A DNA stretch of 64,000 bases from Caldisericum exile (lineage in GTDB: Bacteria > Caldisericota > Caldisericia > Caldisericales > Caldisericaceae), in NCBI GenBank assembly GCA_020722505.1, contig DYKR01000001.1:40407-104406 (forward strand), in the 5' to 3' direction. Every line of letters starts with the position of its first letter. The stretch's first letter is position 1. The position numbers were made by a program, and so were the translations under genes. This document shows positions 28,326 to 38,426 of the stretch, in pieces. The notes beneath the pieces were generated by a model. The model did no database searches. It was not told the DNA's origin and was given only the letters and a program-made list of their open reading frames with translations.

Positions 28326-30168
28326 AAGAGTAAACATTCAAGATGTCTGTTTTTTATTGTTTACAATTTCTTCAATTGCATTTGTTTCAATAGTTGAACA
28401 ATCATTAATAGCACTTTCAATAATTCCTGTTTTTGCAGTAATGTTCTCAAAAAATAAGAAACTTAAAAAGAAGCCAAAGATTGTGGAGACTATACCTCTT
28501 ATAACTTTTATTTTTTTACTTATTTTTGGTGTCGACCTATTCATAACTATTGCTATACTTCTTACAATTACAATAAGTTCTAAATACATCGTAAGTAGAA
28601 ATTCTTTTGATTACTTTGAGATGTTTTTAATAGGTGTAATGTTTAGCCTTATTTCTTCAATTGGAACAATATCAATTTCGTTTGGGATAGTTGCAGTAAT
28701 TTTTACAATTTCATCGTTTCTATTTCTCATATCAGCCCAATCTAAAAACGATAAACTTCAATACATTGTAGATAGAAAGGATTTTGCTTTGTCTTTAACG
28801 AGCGCATTTGCACTTGTTGTTATATTTTTCCTTGTTCTTCCGAGGTTTTCCCTTGGAGTAATACACGGTAATCCACTTTTCAATAAAACTTCTTCGGGAT
28901 TTTCAACGGATATCACAATAGATGCAAAACCCGTGGATCTTAACTACCAAATCGTAATGAGAGTTGAAACTGAAAAAAAGAACACTCCACTATACATTGT
29001 TGGTGTTCGATACTCTACATTCATCAATAACCACTGGATGAACTATGAAACTCATGAAAAGATACTTAGAACAACACAAAACACTTTTGGTTTTCCATTT
29101 GGTAAAAAAGGGACAGTTTATCTTGAACCAACAGGCACAAATGTGCTATTTCAAATAGGTTATACAAACGGTATTTACGGCAACTTTAACTATTTACTCA
29201 AAGATGAATTATCAAATCTGTTTTTCGATGCACCCTTCTATAAAACGATTAAATATACTCTCTATTACGATGATGATAAAAACATCACAAGCGAAGAAAA
29301 AGATCTTACAAAGTATTTAAGCCTAAGGGGAATTAATCCAAAGGTGGTAGAAATTGCAAAAGATATTACAAAGAATTCTTTTAGTGATTTAGAGAAAATA
29401 GATGCAATTGTTAGCTATCTAAAGAAAAACAACAAATATTCTTTAACACCAGAAGCAAATAGTGTTGAAGAGTTTATACTCAACCACAAAAGCGGATACT
29501 GTGAACACTTTGCAACTGCAACAGTAATACTTACAAGGGCAAATGGTATTCCTGCAAGGCTCGTATCAGGATTTGTTACAAACGAACTAAATAACACTTC
29601 AAATTACTATATTGTGAGAGCAAAAGATGCCCACACATGGGTAGAAGTTTATGTTTCCAATAGATGGATTCCTATAGACCCAACTCCAATTGCATTTTCA
29701 ACACCAAGTAAAATGAGCATGCTCATCGATTCAATAATAATGAACTGGTACAGAAATGTAATTACGTATAGTAGTGCAAGCCAAATGACCCTTTACAATA
29801 ACATTACGCAAGGCTTTAGAGATTTTGGAGAAAGCATCTTTAATGCAATCAATAAAGTATCAGTAAACAAACCTCTTCTTATAGGGATAGGTGTTGCTAT
29901 ATTAACACTATTTTTATTCGGAATAAAACTTCGAAAAGAAGAAAACGAAATTGCAAATTTAATAATCAATTTCATTGGGAATGATAAAAAAGACTCCGAA
30001 ACAATCTTTGAGTTTGCAAAAAGACACCAAAAAGATAAAATTTTAAGCGATTTAATTAGTTATTACTACCATTATAAATACGGAAAACAGAACGAACTAA
30101 AAAATACGATTTTAAAGATTATTAAAGATATCAAGAAGTCAAAACGACATCTTGACAGGGAAGGGTAA
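28318..30168 (+). CDS. Membrane transglutaminase-like protein (TgpA/DUF3488 type)
   Basis: Multi-TM N-terminus; 'GYCEHFATA', 'GIPARLVSGF', 'AHTWVEVY...WIPIDPTP'. Confidence 0.9.
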   Translation: MNKRVNIQDVCFLLFTISSIAFVSIVEQSLIALSIIPVFAVMFSKNKKLKKKPKIVETIPLITFIFLLIFGVDLFITIAILLTITISSKYIVSRNSFDYFEMFLIGVMFSLISSIGTISISFGIVAVIFTISSFLFLISAQSKNDKLQYIVDRKDFALSLTSAFALVVIFFLVLPRFSLGVIHGNPLFNKTSSGFSTDITIDAKPVDLNYQIVMRVETEKKNTPLYIVGVRYSTFINNHWMNYETHEKILRTTQNTFGFPFGKKGTVYLEPTGTNVLFQIGYTNGIYGNFNYLLKDELSNLFFDAPFYKTIKYTLYYDDDKNITSEEKDLTKYLSLRGINPKVVEIAKDITKNSFSDLEKIDAIVSYLKKNNKYSLTPEANSVEEFILNHKSGYCEHFATATVILTRANGIPARLVSGFVTNELNNTSNYYIVRAKDAHTWVEVYVSNRWIPIDPTPIAFSTPSKMSMLIDSIIMNWYRNVITYSSASQMTLYNNITQGFRDFGESIFNAINKVSVNKPLLIGIGVAILTLFLFGIKLRKEENEIANLIINFIGNDKKDSETIFEFAKRHQKDKILSDLISYYYHYKYGKQNELKNTILKIIKDIKKSKRHLDREG

Positions 30169-30180
30169 ATCAAATATAAT
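30152..30180 (+). promoter_or_regulatory. Promoter of tlpA-trxA
   Basis: TTGACA 30152-57, 17 bp, TATAAT 30175-80. Confidence 0.8.
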
Positions 30181-30201
30181 AACAAGAAGGTAGGTGAGTA
30201 A

Positions 30202-30750
30202 ATGAAAAAGATAGTTATTGTAGTTTTTATTTTGGTTTTTGTGTCTTTGGTTTTTACAGGATGCACGGCAACACAACCTAATAATCCAACGAATAACCAA
30301 AACACAAACAATACCACTAATAGCACAAGAGAAATTGCACCAGATTTTTCTTGGAAAGACACAAAAGGAAACGTTGTTAAACTCTCTAACTTAAAAGGAA
30401 AAGTTGTTTTGATTGATTTTTGGGCAACATGGTGCGGTCCTTGTAGAATGACAATACCGCATGTTGAGGCTATCTACGAAAAGTATAAAGATAAAGGGGT
30501 AGAAGTATTAGGTGTAAATCTCGACCAAGGCAATGTTGAGAAGGTTCAGCAATTTATAAAAGATTACGGCATGAAATACCTGGTTATTGCCGATCCAAAT
30601 AGTAATGTTGCAAGCCTCTATGGAGTTAATAGCATACCAAGATTTTTCATTGTTGATAAGAATGGAAGAATCGCAAAGATAATTATTGGTTATAAAGACA
30701 ATTTAGGCGATGTAATATCTAAAGAAATTGATGCATTACTAAAAGAGTGA
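30202..30750 (+). CDS. TlpA/ResA family thiol-disulfide oxidoreductase lipoprotein
   Basis: Lipobox 'VFTGC', Asn/Thr-rich linker, 'APDF', 'DFWATWCGPC'. Confidence 0.92.
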   Translation: MKKIVIVVFILVFVSLVFTGCTATQPNNPTNNQNTNNTTNSTREIAPDFSWKDTKGNVVKLSNLKGKVVLIDFWATWCGPCRMTIPHVEAIYEKYKDKGVEVLGVNLDQGNVEKVQQFIKDYGMKYLVIADPNSNVASLYGVNSIPRFFIVDKNGRIAKIIIGYKDNLGDVISKEIDALLKE

Positions 30751-30757
30751 GGTATAT

Positions 30758-31078
30758 ATGGAAGTAAATGAAAGCAATTTTAGAGAAGAAGTGCTTAATT
30801 CGGAAGTTCCCACTTTAGTTGACTTTTGGGCTGAGTGGTGTGTGCCATGTAAAATGATTGAACCAATTATTCTTGAATTAGAAAGGGAAAACGCTAACAG
30901 GTTAAAAGTTGTAAGAGTAAACGTTGATGAAAACCAGAATCTTGCAATTGAATACGGAATAATGAGTATCCCAACCATAGGTATTTTTGTAAATGGAGTA
31001 ATGGTAGATGCAATTATTGGCGCAGTGCCCAAAAGAGTTATAGAAGAAAAAATCAAAAAATATTTATTATTAAATTAA
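30758..31078 (+). CDS. trxA: Thioredoxin
   Basis: 'VDFWAEWCVPCK', 'IMSIPT'; 106 aa. Confidence 0.93.
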   Translation: MEVNESNFREEVLNSEVPTLVDFWAEWCVPCKMIEPIILELERENANRLKVVRVNVDENQNLAIEYGIMSIPTIGIFVNGVMVDAIIGAVPKRVIEEKIKKYLLLN

Positions 31079-31085
31079 AGAAATT

Positions 31086-31111
31086 AAAGCCCTTCAAAAG
31101 AAGGGCTTTTT
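31086..31111. terminator. Rho-independent terminator between convergent trxA and rpe
   Basis: AAAGCCCTTC-AAAA-GAAGGGCTTT-TT. Confidence 0.85.
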
Positions 31112-31120
31112 CAATATACA

Positions 31121-31777
31121 TTACAATTGACGGAGATTTTCAATTACACCTCTAACAAATGAAAGGTCATTTTTAAAAAAGAAACTCCCCATAACAAGAA
31201 CATCTGCTCCTGCATCTAAAACACTTCTCATTGTCTTTTCGTTTATTCCACCATCAACTGAAATTAAGAAATTATACCCTTTACTCTTCCTCAATTCATT
31301 GAGTTTCTCAATTTTAGTCAAACTTGATGAGATAAACTCCTGACCAGAGAATCCTGGCTCAACACTCATAACTAATACCATATCAACATACGGTAAAACT
31401 TCTACAATAGATTCAACTGGTGTTGCAGGATTAAAGGATATACCGCATTTCTTACCGAGTTTTTTAATTTTTGTTAGGATCCTCAAAGGAAAAACAGTTT
31501 CCTCTATATGAAAAGTTATATAGTCTGACCCTGCAAGTGCAAATTCCTCAACAAAATCGTTGGGATTCTTAATCATAAGATGGGTATCAAAGGGTAAATT
31601 AGTAATTTTTCTTACTTGCTCAACAATAAAAGGACCAAAAGTAATATTTGGAACAAAATTGCCATCCATGATATCTAAATGAATAAACGCTTGGTCAAAC
31701 ACTTCAATCTTTTCAATTTCTTTTTTTAAATTTGTAAAGTTAGCAGCAATAATCGAAGGTGAAATATAAAAATTCAT
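31121..31777 (-). CDS. rpe: Ribulose-phosphate 3-epimerase
   Basis: 'SPSI', 'HLDIMDGNFVPNITFG', 'DTHLM', 'MSVEPGFSGQ', 'VDGGI'. Confidence 0.97.
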   Translation of the reverse strand: MNFYISPSIIAANFTNLKKEIEKIEVFDQAFIHLDIMDGNFVPNITFGPFIVEQVRKITNLPFDTHLMIKNPNDFVEEFALAGSDYITFHIEETVFPLRILTKIKKLGKKCGISFNPATPVESIVEVLPYVDMVLVMSVEPGFSGQEFISSSLTKIEKLNELRKSKGYNFLISVDGGINEKTMRSVLDAGADVLVMGSFFFKNDLSFVRGVIENLRQL

Positions 31778-32454
31778 TTTGCAATTCTCAATAAAACTTG
31801 TGTGCCCTTCTCAACAAACGCATTTGGAACAGGGTATTGGTATAAAACGATGTTTTTAGGCAAAACCTGTTCGGAGTCTTCAAAAGTATCTACCTTATAA
31901 AGGACAAGACCTGCTTGTTCTAAAATTAGTTTTGCTTCATCAACACTTTTTCCAATTACATCGGGCACTTTTACAAATTCTCCTATGCCTATTGTCAAAT
32001 CAACTTTAGAGCCACCTTGCACTATTGTATAGGCATCTGGATTCTGCTTTAACACTATTCCAACTTTTTCTGTGCTTTCTACCTCTTTAATAATCCCAAT
32101 AGAAAGCCCTGAACTAACAATAAGCTCTTTTGCATCTTTGAAATCCAATCCGACGGCGTTAGGAACAGAAAAACTCTTTGGCCCTGAACTTAAAACGATT
32201 TTAACAAAACCACCTTTCTTAACTTCACTACCCGGTGGGATATCCTGCGAAATAACTGTATCAACAGGGTATTCATCGTTTTGCTCGGCAGAAATCACTT
32301 GGAGAATTAGCCCATTAGTTTTAGCAAGCTCCTGCGCTACTGAAGCCTTCATGCCAACAAAATTTGGCACTTTTACAGTCTCACTATTTGAATTAGGAAA
32401 ACATCCAGCAAGTAAAAAAACTAATAAAAAAGTAAATATCAAATACCTTTTCAT
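31774..32454 (-). CDS. PASTA-repeat lipoprotein (three PASTA, no kinase)
   Basis: Lipobox 'LLAGC'; repeats 'VPNFVG', 'VPNAVG', 'VPDVIG'. Confidence 0.88.
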   Translation of the reverse strand: MKRYLIFTFLLVFLLAGCFPNSNSETVKVPNFVGMKASVAQELAKTNGLILQVISAEQNDEYPVDTVISQDIPPGSEVKKGGFVKIVLSSGPKSFSVPNAVGLDFKDAKELIVSSGLSIGIIKEVESTEKVGIVLKQNPDAYTIVQGGSKVDLTIGIGEFVKVPDVIGKSVDEAKLILEQAGLVLYKVDTFEDSEQVLPKNIVLYQYPVPNAFVEKGTQVLLRIAK

Positions 32455-32516
32455 AGATTCATTTTATATATTTAAAAAAAATTTGCAAGAAATTTTCTTT
32501 TACTTATACTGAATAT
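32455..32516. promoter_or_regulatory. Symmetric bidirectional promoter with a shared palindromic -35
   Basis: TTGCAA 32483-88; 16 bp to TATACT 32505-10 (+) and 16 bp to TAAAAT 32466-61 (-); each -10 is 6 nt from an ATG. Confidence 0.7.
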
Positions 32517-32999
32517 ATGAAAACAATTGTATATCCTGGAACTTTTGACCCGTTAACAAACGGACACCTCGAAATTATTGAGAGAGCAAGTAAAATTTTC
32601 GATAAAGTAGTTGTCTTAGTTGCAAGAAGAGAAGAGAAGCGGACGTTATTTACACTTGAAGAAAGACTTGAAATGGTAAAGACAAGTTTAAAAAATTTCA
32701 AAAATGTGGAGGTAGACGTGCTTGATTCTCTTCTTATAGATTATTTAAAAAAACATAAAATAAAATTAGTTTTGAGAGGATTAAGGACTTACCAAGATTT
32801 TGAATACGAAAAGGCAATGTTTGAAATAAATTATGAGTTAAACAGTAGTATTGAAACGATTTTTTTAATTACAAGGACTTTTGCTTCTATAAGTTCAACG
32901 CTTGTAAAGGAGGTTGCAATGAATAACGGAGATGTCTCAAAATTCGTTCCTGAAATTGTAAATAAAAAAATTAAAGATAAAATAAGGAAGAAAGTATGA
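32517..32999 (+). CDS. coaD: Phosphopantetheine adenylyltransferase
   Basis: 'YPGTFDPLTNGH', 'RGLR..DFEYE', 'ISSTLVKE'. Confidence 0.97.
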   Translation: MKTIVYPGTFDPLTNGHLEIIERASKIFDKVVVLVARREEKRTLFTLEERLEMVKTSLKNFKNVEVDVLDSLLIDYLKKHKIKLVLRGLRTYQDFEYEKAMFEINYELNSSIETIFLITRTFASISSTLVKEVAMNNGDVSKFVPEIVNKKIKDKIRKKV

Positions 33000-33457
33000 A
33001 TAAAAGTATTATTGATGAACTTGAAGATTTAAAAGAGCTGGTCGAAAAGGCAAAAAAACTCCCCTTTTCAAAATACATTACCATTGATAAAGAAGAACTC
33101 TTAGGGATCATCCTAAGAATAGAAGCAATGCTTCCAGAAGAAGTAAAAACTGCTTCAAGTATCTCCAAACAAAAAGAAATGATTTTAAAAGATGCTTACG
33201 AAGAAAAAAATCGCATAATAAAAGAAGCTGAAAGTGAATTTAAAAAAATGGTAGAAGAATCAAAGATTGTTGAAGAAGCACGAAAAGAAAGAAAGCGGAT
33301 AATAGAAGAAGCTGAAGAAGAAGCAAGAAAAATAAAAGAAGAAGCATTAGTATTTGCAAAAGATCTTTTTGCAAAAATTGAGAGTGTTCTTAACAAAGCC
33401 CAAAACACTTTACAAGAAGGGAAAGAAGCGATAGAAAATGAAATTAATAATAAATAA
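32996..33457 (+). CDS. Coiled-coil protein (SepIVA/DivIVA-like) found between coaD and DUF177
   Basis: 'IDELEDL.ELVEKAKKLPFS', 'LPEEVK.A', E/K/A-rich coiled coil; gene position. Confidence 0.7.
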   Translation: MNKSIIDELEDLKELVEKAKKLPFSKYITIDKEELLGIILRIEAMLPEEVKTASSISKQKEMILKDAYEEKNRIIKEAESEFKKMVEESKIVEEARKERKRIIEEAEEEARKIKEEALVFAKDLFAKIESVLNKAQNTLQEGKEAIENEINNK

Positions 33458-33860
33458 GATCATAGAAGAAGGTTCAATTACCGTTGAAGAAAGTATTAAT
33501 TTTAAAGAAGAAGAACTTCCCTTTAAGTTAAATGATGATGCAAAACTTAAACTTACTTTTGAACATGTGCAAAATAGGGAGATAAGAGTATATGGCGCTA
33601 TTGAAGCAACATTTATACTAACTTGCGTTGTGTGTCTCAACGAATTTGAGTATCCTATAAAAATCGAAGTTGACGAATTTTATAGCCCAAGAGAATTTTT
33701 TGACTATTCTAAGGAAGAACGACCTATTGAAGAATTGAATAAATTTACTTATACAACAAACTATCTTGACACAAAAGATATCGTAAGAGATAATCTCTTA
33801 GAGGTGCTTCCACCATACCCAAAATGTCCAAAATGCTCATTAGAAACTTCAGAAAATTGA
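33438..33860 (+). CDS. DUF177/YceD family protein
   Basis: 'CVVCL', 'LDTKDIVRDNLL..LP.YPKCPKC'. Confidence 0.85.
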   Translation: MKLIINKIIEEGSITVEESINFKEEELPFKLNDDAKLKLTFEHVQNREIRVYGAIEATFILTCVVCLNEFEYPIKIEVDEFYSPREFFDYSKEERPIEELNKFTYTTNYLDTKDIVRDNLLEVLPPYPKCPKCSLETSEN

Positions 33861-33873
33861 ATATAATAAAAAT

Positions 33874-33971
33874 CAAATAGCCCAAAATCCCGCCTGCTGA
33901 GGTTGGGCAAGAAAACGGCGGTAAAAAATACCTCAGCCTCAATCGTTGTTGATTGAGAGAAAAGAGAAAAT
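33874..33971 (+). ncRNA. Candidate structured cis-regulatory leader of asnS (interlocked pseudoknot plus hairpin)
   Basis: GC-rich island: GCCCAA/TTGGGC, CCGCC/GGCGG, GCTGAGG/CCTCAGC, CTCAATC/GATTGAG; TATAAT at 33862-67. Confidence 0.5.
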
Positions 33972-35255
33972 ATGTACATTAACGAAGCTAAAGACAATGT
34001 TAATAACTACGTTGAGGTAAAAGGTTGGGTTTACAATATGCGAGAAAGCGGAAAAGTGATTTTTATTTTAGTAAGAGATGGTAGCGGAATAATGCAAAGT
34101 GTAGTATCTAAAAACGATGTAGATGAGAAAGTTTTTGAAGATGCAAAAAAATTAACTCAAGAGTCTTCAATCGTTGTAAGGGGTATTGTGCGTGAAGATA
34201 AAAGAGCCCCGTTTGGCTACGAGTTGTTAGTTAAAGAACTTGAAATGCTACAACTAACCGAGAACTATCCAATTACTCCCAAAGAGCACGGAGTAGGTTT
34301 CTTGATGGAGCATAGACACCTCTGGTTGCGTTCAAAAAGACAGTGGGCAATTTTAAGAATTAGACACAGAATCGAAAAATCATTAAGAGATTTCTTTGAC
34401 TCAAGAGGCTTTACGCTTATAGATGCACCCATTCTAACACCTGCTGCATGCGAAGGAACAACAACACTTTTTGAGACTAACTATTTTGACGAGAAAGCAT
34501 ACCTTTCACAAAGTGGCCAACTATACATGGAAGCAGCAGCAATGGCATTCGGGAAAGTGTACTGTTTTGGGCCAACCTTTAGAGCCGAAAAGTCTAAAAC
34601 AAGAAGACACCTTATGGAATTTTGGATGCTTGAGCCTGAGGTTGCTTTTCTTACATTTGAAGAGAACTTAAAACTCCAAGAAGAAATGATTTACTATGTA
34701 GTGCAAGAAGTCCTTAAAAACTGTAAAATTGAGTTGGATATAATTGAGAGAGACACAAAAATGCTTGAAAAAGTAGTGCCACCTTTCCCAAGAATCCACT
34801 ACCGTGATGCAATTGAACTTTTAAATAAAAAGGGGGTTAATATAAAATACGGCGATGACTTCGGAGGAGACGAAGAGACTGTGCTTGCAAACGAATTTGA
34901 AAAGCCAGTTTTTGTGCACCATTTCCCAAAAGAAATAAAAGCCTTTTATATGCAACCTGATCCAGAAGATCCAGGCACAGTGTTCGCAGCAGACTTACTT
35001 GCACCAGAAGGTTATGGTGAAATTATCGGTGGAAGCGAAAGAATACACGATTACGATTTACTTTTACAGCGAATGAAGGAAAATAATCTTCCAATTGAAA
35101 ATTACCAGTGGTACCTTGACTTAAGAAGATATGGATCAGTTCCCCATAGTGGATTTGGCATCGGATTAGAAAGAACACTTGCATGGATTGCTAAACTTCC
35201 GCATGTAAGAGAAACAATTCCTTTCCCAAGATTACTTGAAAAAATATATCCATGA
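33972..35255 (+). CDS. asnS: Asparagine--tRNA ligase
   Basis: OB-fold N-terminus, 'HRHLWLRS', 'ACEGTT', 'LSQSGQLY', '[20 protein letters not shown]', '[19 protein letters not shown]'. Confidence 0.96.
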   Translation: MYINEAKDNVNNYVEVKGWVYNMRESGKVIFILVRDGSGIMQSVVSKNDVDEKVFEDAKKLTQESSIVVRGIVREDKRAPFGYELLVKELEMLQLTENYPITPKEHGVGFLMEHRHLWLRSKRQWAILRIRHRIEKSLRDFFDSRGFTLIDAPILTPAACEGTTTLFETNYFDEKAYLSQSGQLYMEAAAMAFGKVYCFGPTFRAEKSKTRRHLMEFWMLEPEVAFLTFEENLKLQEEMIYYVVQEVLKNCKIELDIIERDTKMLEKVVPPFPRIHYRDAIELLNKKGVNIKYGDDFGGDEETVLANEFEKPVFVHHFPKEIKAFYMQPDPEDPGTVFAADLLAPEGYGEIIGGSERIHDYDLLLQRMKENNLPIENYQWYLDLRRYGSVPHSGFGIGLERTLAWIAKLPHVRETIPFPRLLEKIYP

Positions 35256-36256
35256 GGGAAGTATCTGCATTAGAACTATTAACCGAACTTGAGAGCACTC
35301 TCCCAAAAGAGCCGTTGTTGGTTCTTATGGGAGAGTCTCACTATTTAAAGGATCAAATTGTAAAAAAATATTCAGAAAAACTATTTGGTGGAGATATTTC
35401 AAGCCTTGATTTGATAAAAATTTCAGGATATGAATTCAATATAGGAGAATACACAAATATCGTCTCAACACCACCATTCTTAAATAATAAGTTGCTAATC
35501 ATAAAAGACGTGGAGGCAATTTCAAAACAGAACCTCCAAAAATTACTATCAACAAAAATTATTGACAATGTTAAGGTAATACTTATCTATGCAGGAAAAG
35601 AAGAAAACTTAGGGAAGGAAAATTTCATAATTGTTAAAGACTACACAGTGCCACAAACTCATATAGAAAAATGGATTGAAAAAAAAGCTAAAGATTATGG
35701 CAAACTTATTTCAAAAGAGGCAGTAAAAGAACTTATAAGTAGGCTTGATTCTAATCTATTTGAACTTTCAAACGAAATTAAAAAGCTTGCAATGTTCGTT
35801 GGCACAAAGAAAAGCATCGAGGAAGAAGATGTTAAAGAAATTGTGCAAAAGATGAAAGAGGAAGATATATTTGAATTTATAAACGCAGTCATCAACATGG
35901 AGAAAGATAAGGCAATGAAGCTTCTTGATTATTTTTTAAAGACTACAAGCCAAGAGAACATCATACTCTCACAGATTTTAAAAACATTCTCAATATACCT
36001 TATAACATACGATTTAAAAAAGGAGTCGAAAACACAAAAAGAAGTTAATGAATACATAGCAAGCCTTTTTGGCATTTTTCTTAAGAAAAGGACGCTTGAA
36101 GGTATTTATAGAAACCTTGAAAAAATAGATATAAAAACCCTTGTTAAACAATACAACGTATTAACAGATATCGATATAAAGTCAAAATCTGGAGAAGTCG
36201 AACCCAAAGAAGCCTTGCGCACCTTTATAGTCGAAAAGGTTACAAGGCAGTATTAA
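35252..36256 (+). CDS. holA: DNA polymerase III delta subunit
   Basis: 'VLMGESHYL', 'TPPFL..KLLIIKD', 'NEIKKL', 'DIFEFINA'; convergent with rpsT as is common. Confidence 0.85.
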   Translation: MREVSALELLTELESTLPKEPLLVLMGESHYLKDQIVKKYSEKLFGGDISSLDLIKISGYEFNIGEYTNIVSTPPFLNNKLLIIKDVEAISKQNLQKLLSTKIIDNVKVILIYAGKEENLGKENFIIVKDYTVPQTHIEKWIEKKAKDYGKLISKEAVKELISRLDSNLFELSNEIKKLAMFVGTKKSIEEEDVKEIVQKMKEEDIFEFINAVINMEKDKAMKLLDYFLKTTSQENIILSQILKTFSIYLITYDLKKESKTQKEVNEYIASLFGIFLKKRTLEGIYRNLEKIDIKTLVKQYNVLTDIDIKSKSGEVEPKEALRTFIVEKVTRQY

Positions 36257-36516
36257 GCTTGCGTATCCGCTTTATTTTTAAGGTTAAATTTCTTCATTAA
36301 GTTCGATTTTTTACGGGCTGCTGTATTTGGGTGGATAATACCCTTAGACTCAAGCTTATCGATTATTTTTATTGCTTCTTTTACCTTCTCTTCTGAGTAG
36401 TTACTCTTCTTAGCAAAATCTAAAGCTCTTTTAAGAGCTATTCTATAATATTCATTTCTTTCTCTTCTTTTTTCACTCTTAATAACTGCTTTCTTAGACG
36501 CTTTTAAAATTGGCAT
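36253..36516 (-). CDS. rpsT: 30S ribosomal protein S20
   Basis: 'MPILKASKK', 'IDKLESKGIIHPNTAARKKS'; ATG 36516 after GGAGG; TTGACT-16-TATCCT at 36576-36549. Confidence 0.96.
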   Translation of the reverse strand: MPILKASKKAVIKSEKRRERNEYYRIALKRALDFAKKSNYSEEKVKEAIKIIDKLESKGIIHPNTAARKKSNLMKKFNLKNKADTQA

Positions 36517-36716
36517 CAATAACCTCCCTTAAAATAAAATTCCTTAATAGGATAACAAATTTTTAAAATAAGTCAAGAGGTTTTAAAATTCCTAACTTAC
36601 AAAACTTTCCTAACTTTAATCATAAAAAACAACCCATGTAGAGTTAAATAAAATCCACATAAACAGTACAACCCCAAGGGTTGTCAATAAAGTATTTTTA
36701 AAACAAACTTATGCCA

Positions 36717-38426
36717 TCAGTCTAAATTCTTTAGTTCAGTTGCTGCAAATTCTAAAATTGATTTAACGTAATCTTCACTAAAATTAAACTCAATACCTGC
36801 CTCTTTATACAATTCGTTTACAGGCTTTTTATAACCCATACTCAAGAATCGTTTATAATCTTCAACTGTCTTCTTAGGATTTTCCTTAAAATTCTTATAC
36901 ATTGCAAGAGCACCTAATTGAGCAAATCCATATTCAATGTAGTAAAAAGGCACCTCAAAAATATGAAGTTGTTGCATCCATAACACCTTAAGATAATCAT
37001 ACAGACCATCCCAATTAACGCCTGTATTGAGTTCTTCCATGAGATTTGCAAAATACTCTTCTCTTTCTTTTTCACTTGCGTTAGTTGTATAAACAAAATG
37101 CTGGAAACTATCTACGGCTATACACCAAGGCAAAAATGACAAAGCCCCTTCGATCTCTTCACGTTTAGCCTTCTTTAAATCGGCTTCATTATCGTAGAAT
37201 TCGGAAAGATAGTCAACAGTAAACAGCTCCATGCTCATGGATGCAAGTTCTGCAACTTCCATTGGGTATTCTTTAAACTGACGGATAAGAATAGGAGTAG
37301 TATATTTAGCATGTAATGAATGCCCAGATTCATGGAGAAGCGTCCTAACATCTGAATTTAAACCTACAGCATTCATGAAAATAAAAGATGAACCATGCTC
37401 GGGAAGTGGCATATTATACCCACCAGGGGCTTTACCTTTACGGTTCTCAAGGTCCAAAAAGTTTGATACTTTCATTCTCAACAGGTTTTCACCAAATTCT
37501 TCATCAACATGAGAGAGGACTTTTATAGACTTATCAATAAATTCTTCAATTGTATTAAATGGTTTCAAAACTTTGTTATCAATTTCAACTTGGGTATCCC
37601 AAGGTCTTAAGGTATCAAGTTTTAGTTTTTGTTTTCTTATTTCGTTTCTCTCTTTTAGGAATGGCACGACGACGTTTTTTACGGCAGTATGAAAACGTAA
37701 AACATCCTCCACACTATAAGAAAATCTACCCAAAGCCAAATGCTTGTAATCTCTATAGTTTTTGAAGTTTGCATTTTCTGCTTCTTTATTCCTAATATGC
37801 TTCAGTTCATCGTAAACCTCTGATAAGTAAGGTGAAATTTCTTTTAAAGCATTATATTTATGCAACCATGCTTGCTCTCTTACAGACCTATTTGGGTCTT
37901 TCAAGAAAACGTTCATTTGAGAAAAAGTCTTTTCTTCTCCGTTAAAGTTGATAGTTAATTTGGCAATTGCCTCACCGTATTTATGGGAAATCTCTTCTTC
38001 TTTTATGAATAATGGAATGTTTTCCTCTCTAAAGATCTTTATCGCATTTTCAACTATCCTATTAAGGTGATTGAATTCTCCCCCGAGATTATCTTTAAAA
38101 GGAGACTCATAATATTTTTTCTTCAATAGATAATCATACTGCATGGCAACGCTTATTACATCGGAATAGAACTTTTGGAAATCTTCAACATATTCCTTTT
38201 TATCCATAAAGCGTGTCATATTGATATATTTAAAGGCATAAACTTCTTCGATAATATCTGCAAGTTCACCCCATTTTTCAAGGAAGTTCATGAGTTTTTC
38301 ACTTGTTTCAATGTTTTCGTTAAGTAAATCCTTTAAGGCATGTAATACTTCATCTTTATTAGATCCATCAAAACTTTCACTAAAATACTTTCTTGGTCTT
38401 TTCTTAATGATTAAATCATCCGTCAT
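36717..38426 (-). CDS. M3B oligoendopeptidase (PepF-like)
   Basis: 'RKGKAPGGY', 'TLLHESGH', '[11 protein letters not shown]', '[12 protein letters not shown]'. Confidence 0.93.
   Translation of the reverse strand: MTDDLIIKKRPRKYFSESFDGSNKDEVLHALKDLLNENIETSEKLMNFLEKWGELADIIEEVYAFKYINMTRFMDKKEYVEDFQKFYSDVISVAMQYDYLLKKKYYESPFKDNLGGEFNHLNRIVENAIKIFREENIPLFIKEEEISHKYGEAIAKLTINFNGEEKTFSQMNVFLKDPNRSVREQAWLHKYNALKEISPYLSEVYDELKHIRNKEAENANFKNYRDYKHLALGRFSYSVEDVLRFHTAVKNVVVPFLKERNEIRKQKLKLDTLRPWDTQVEIDNKVLKPFNTIEEFIDKSIKVLSHVDEEFGENLLRMKVSNFLDLENRKGKAPGGYNMPLPEHGSSFIFMNAVGLNSDVRTLLHESGHSLHAKYTTPILIRQFKEYPMEVAELASMSMELFTVDYLSEFYDNEADLKKAKREEIEGALSFLPWCIAVDSFQHFVYTTNASEKEREEYFANLMEELNTGVNWDGLYDYLKVLWMQQLHIFEVPFYYIEYGFAQLGALAMYKNFKENPKKTVEDYKRFLSMGYKKPVNELYKEAGIEFNFSEDYVKSILEFAATELKNLD

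Noticed and set aside
26489-30168. MoxR-DUF58-transglutaminase triad as a novel system
   Set aside because: A common, already described gene arrangement
33861-33971. T-box upstream of asnS (and of pheS)
   Set aside because: Leaders are too short and lack the AGGGUGGNACCGCG T-box sequence
36621-36718. Short hydrophobic minus-strand frame and ACAACCC/GGGTTGT hairpin after the M3 peptidase
   Set aside because: The frame stops after two codons and the hairpin has only a weak U-tract; cannot support a gene or a terminator
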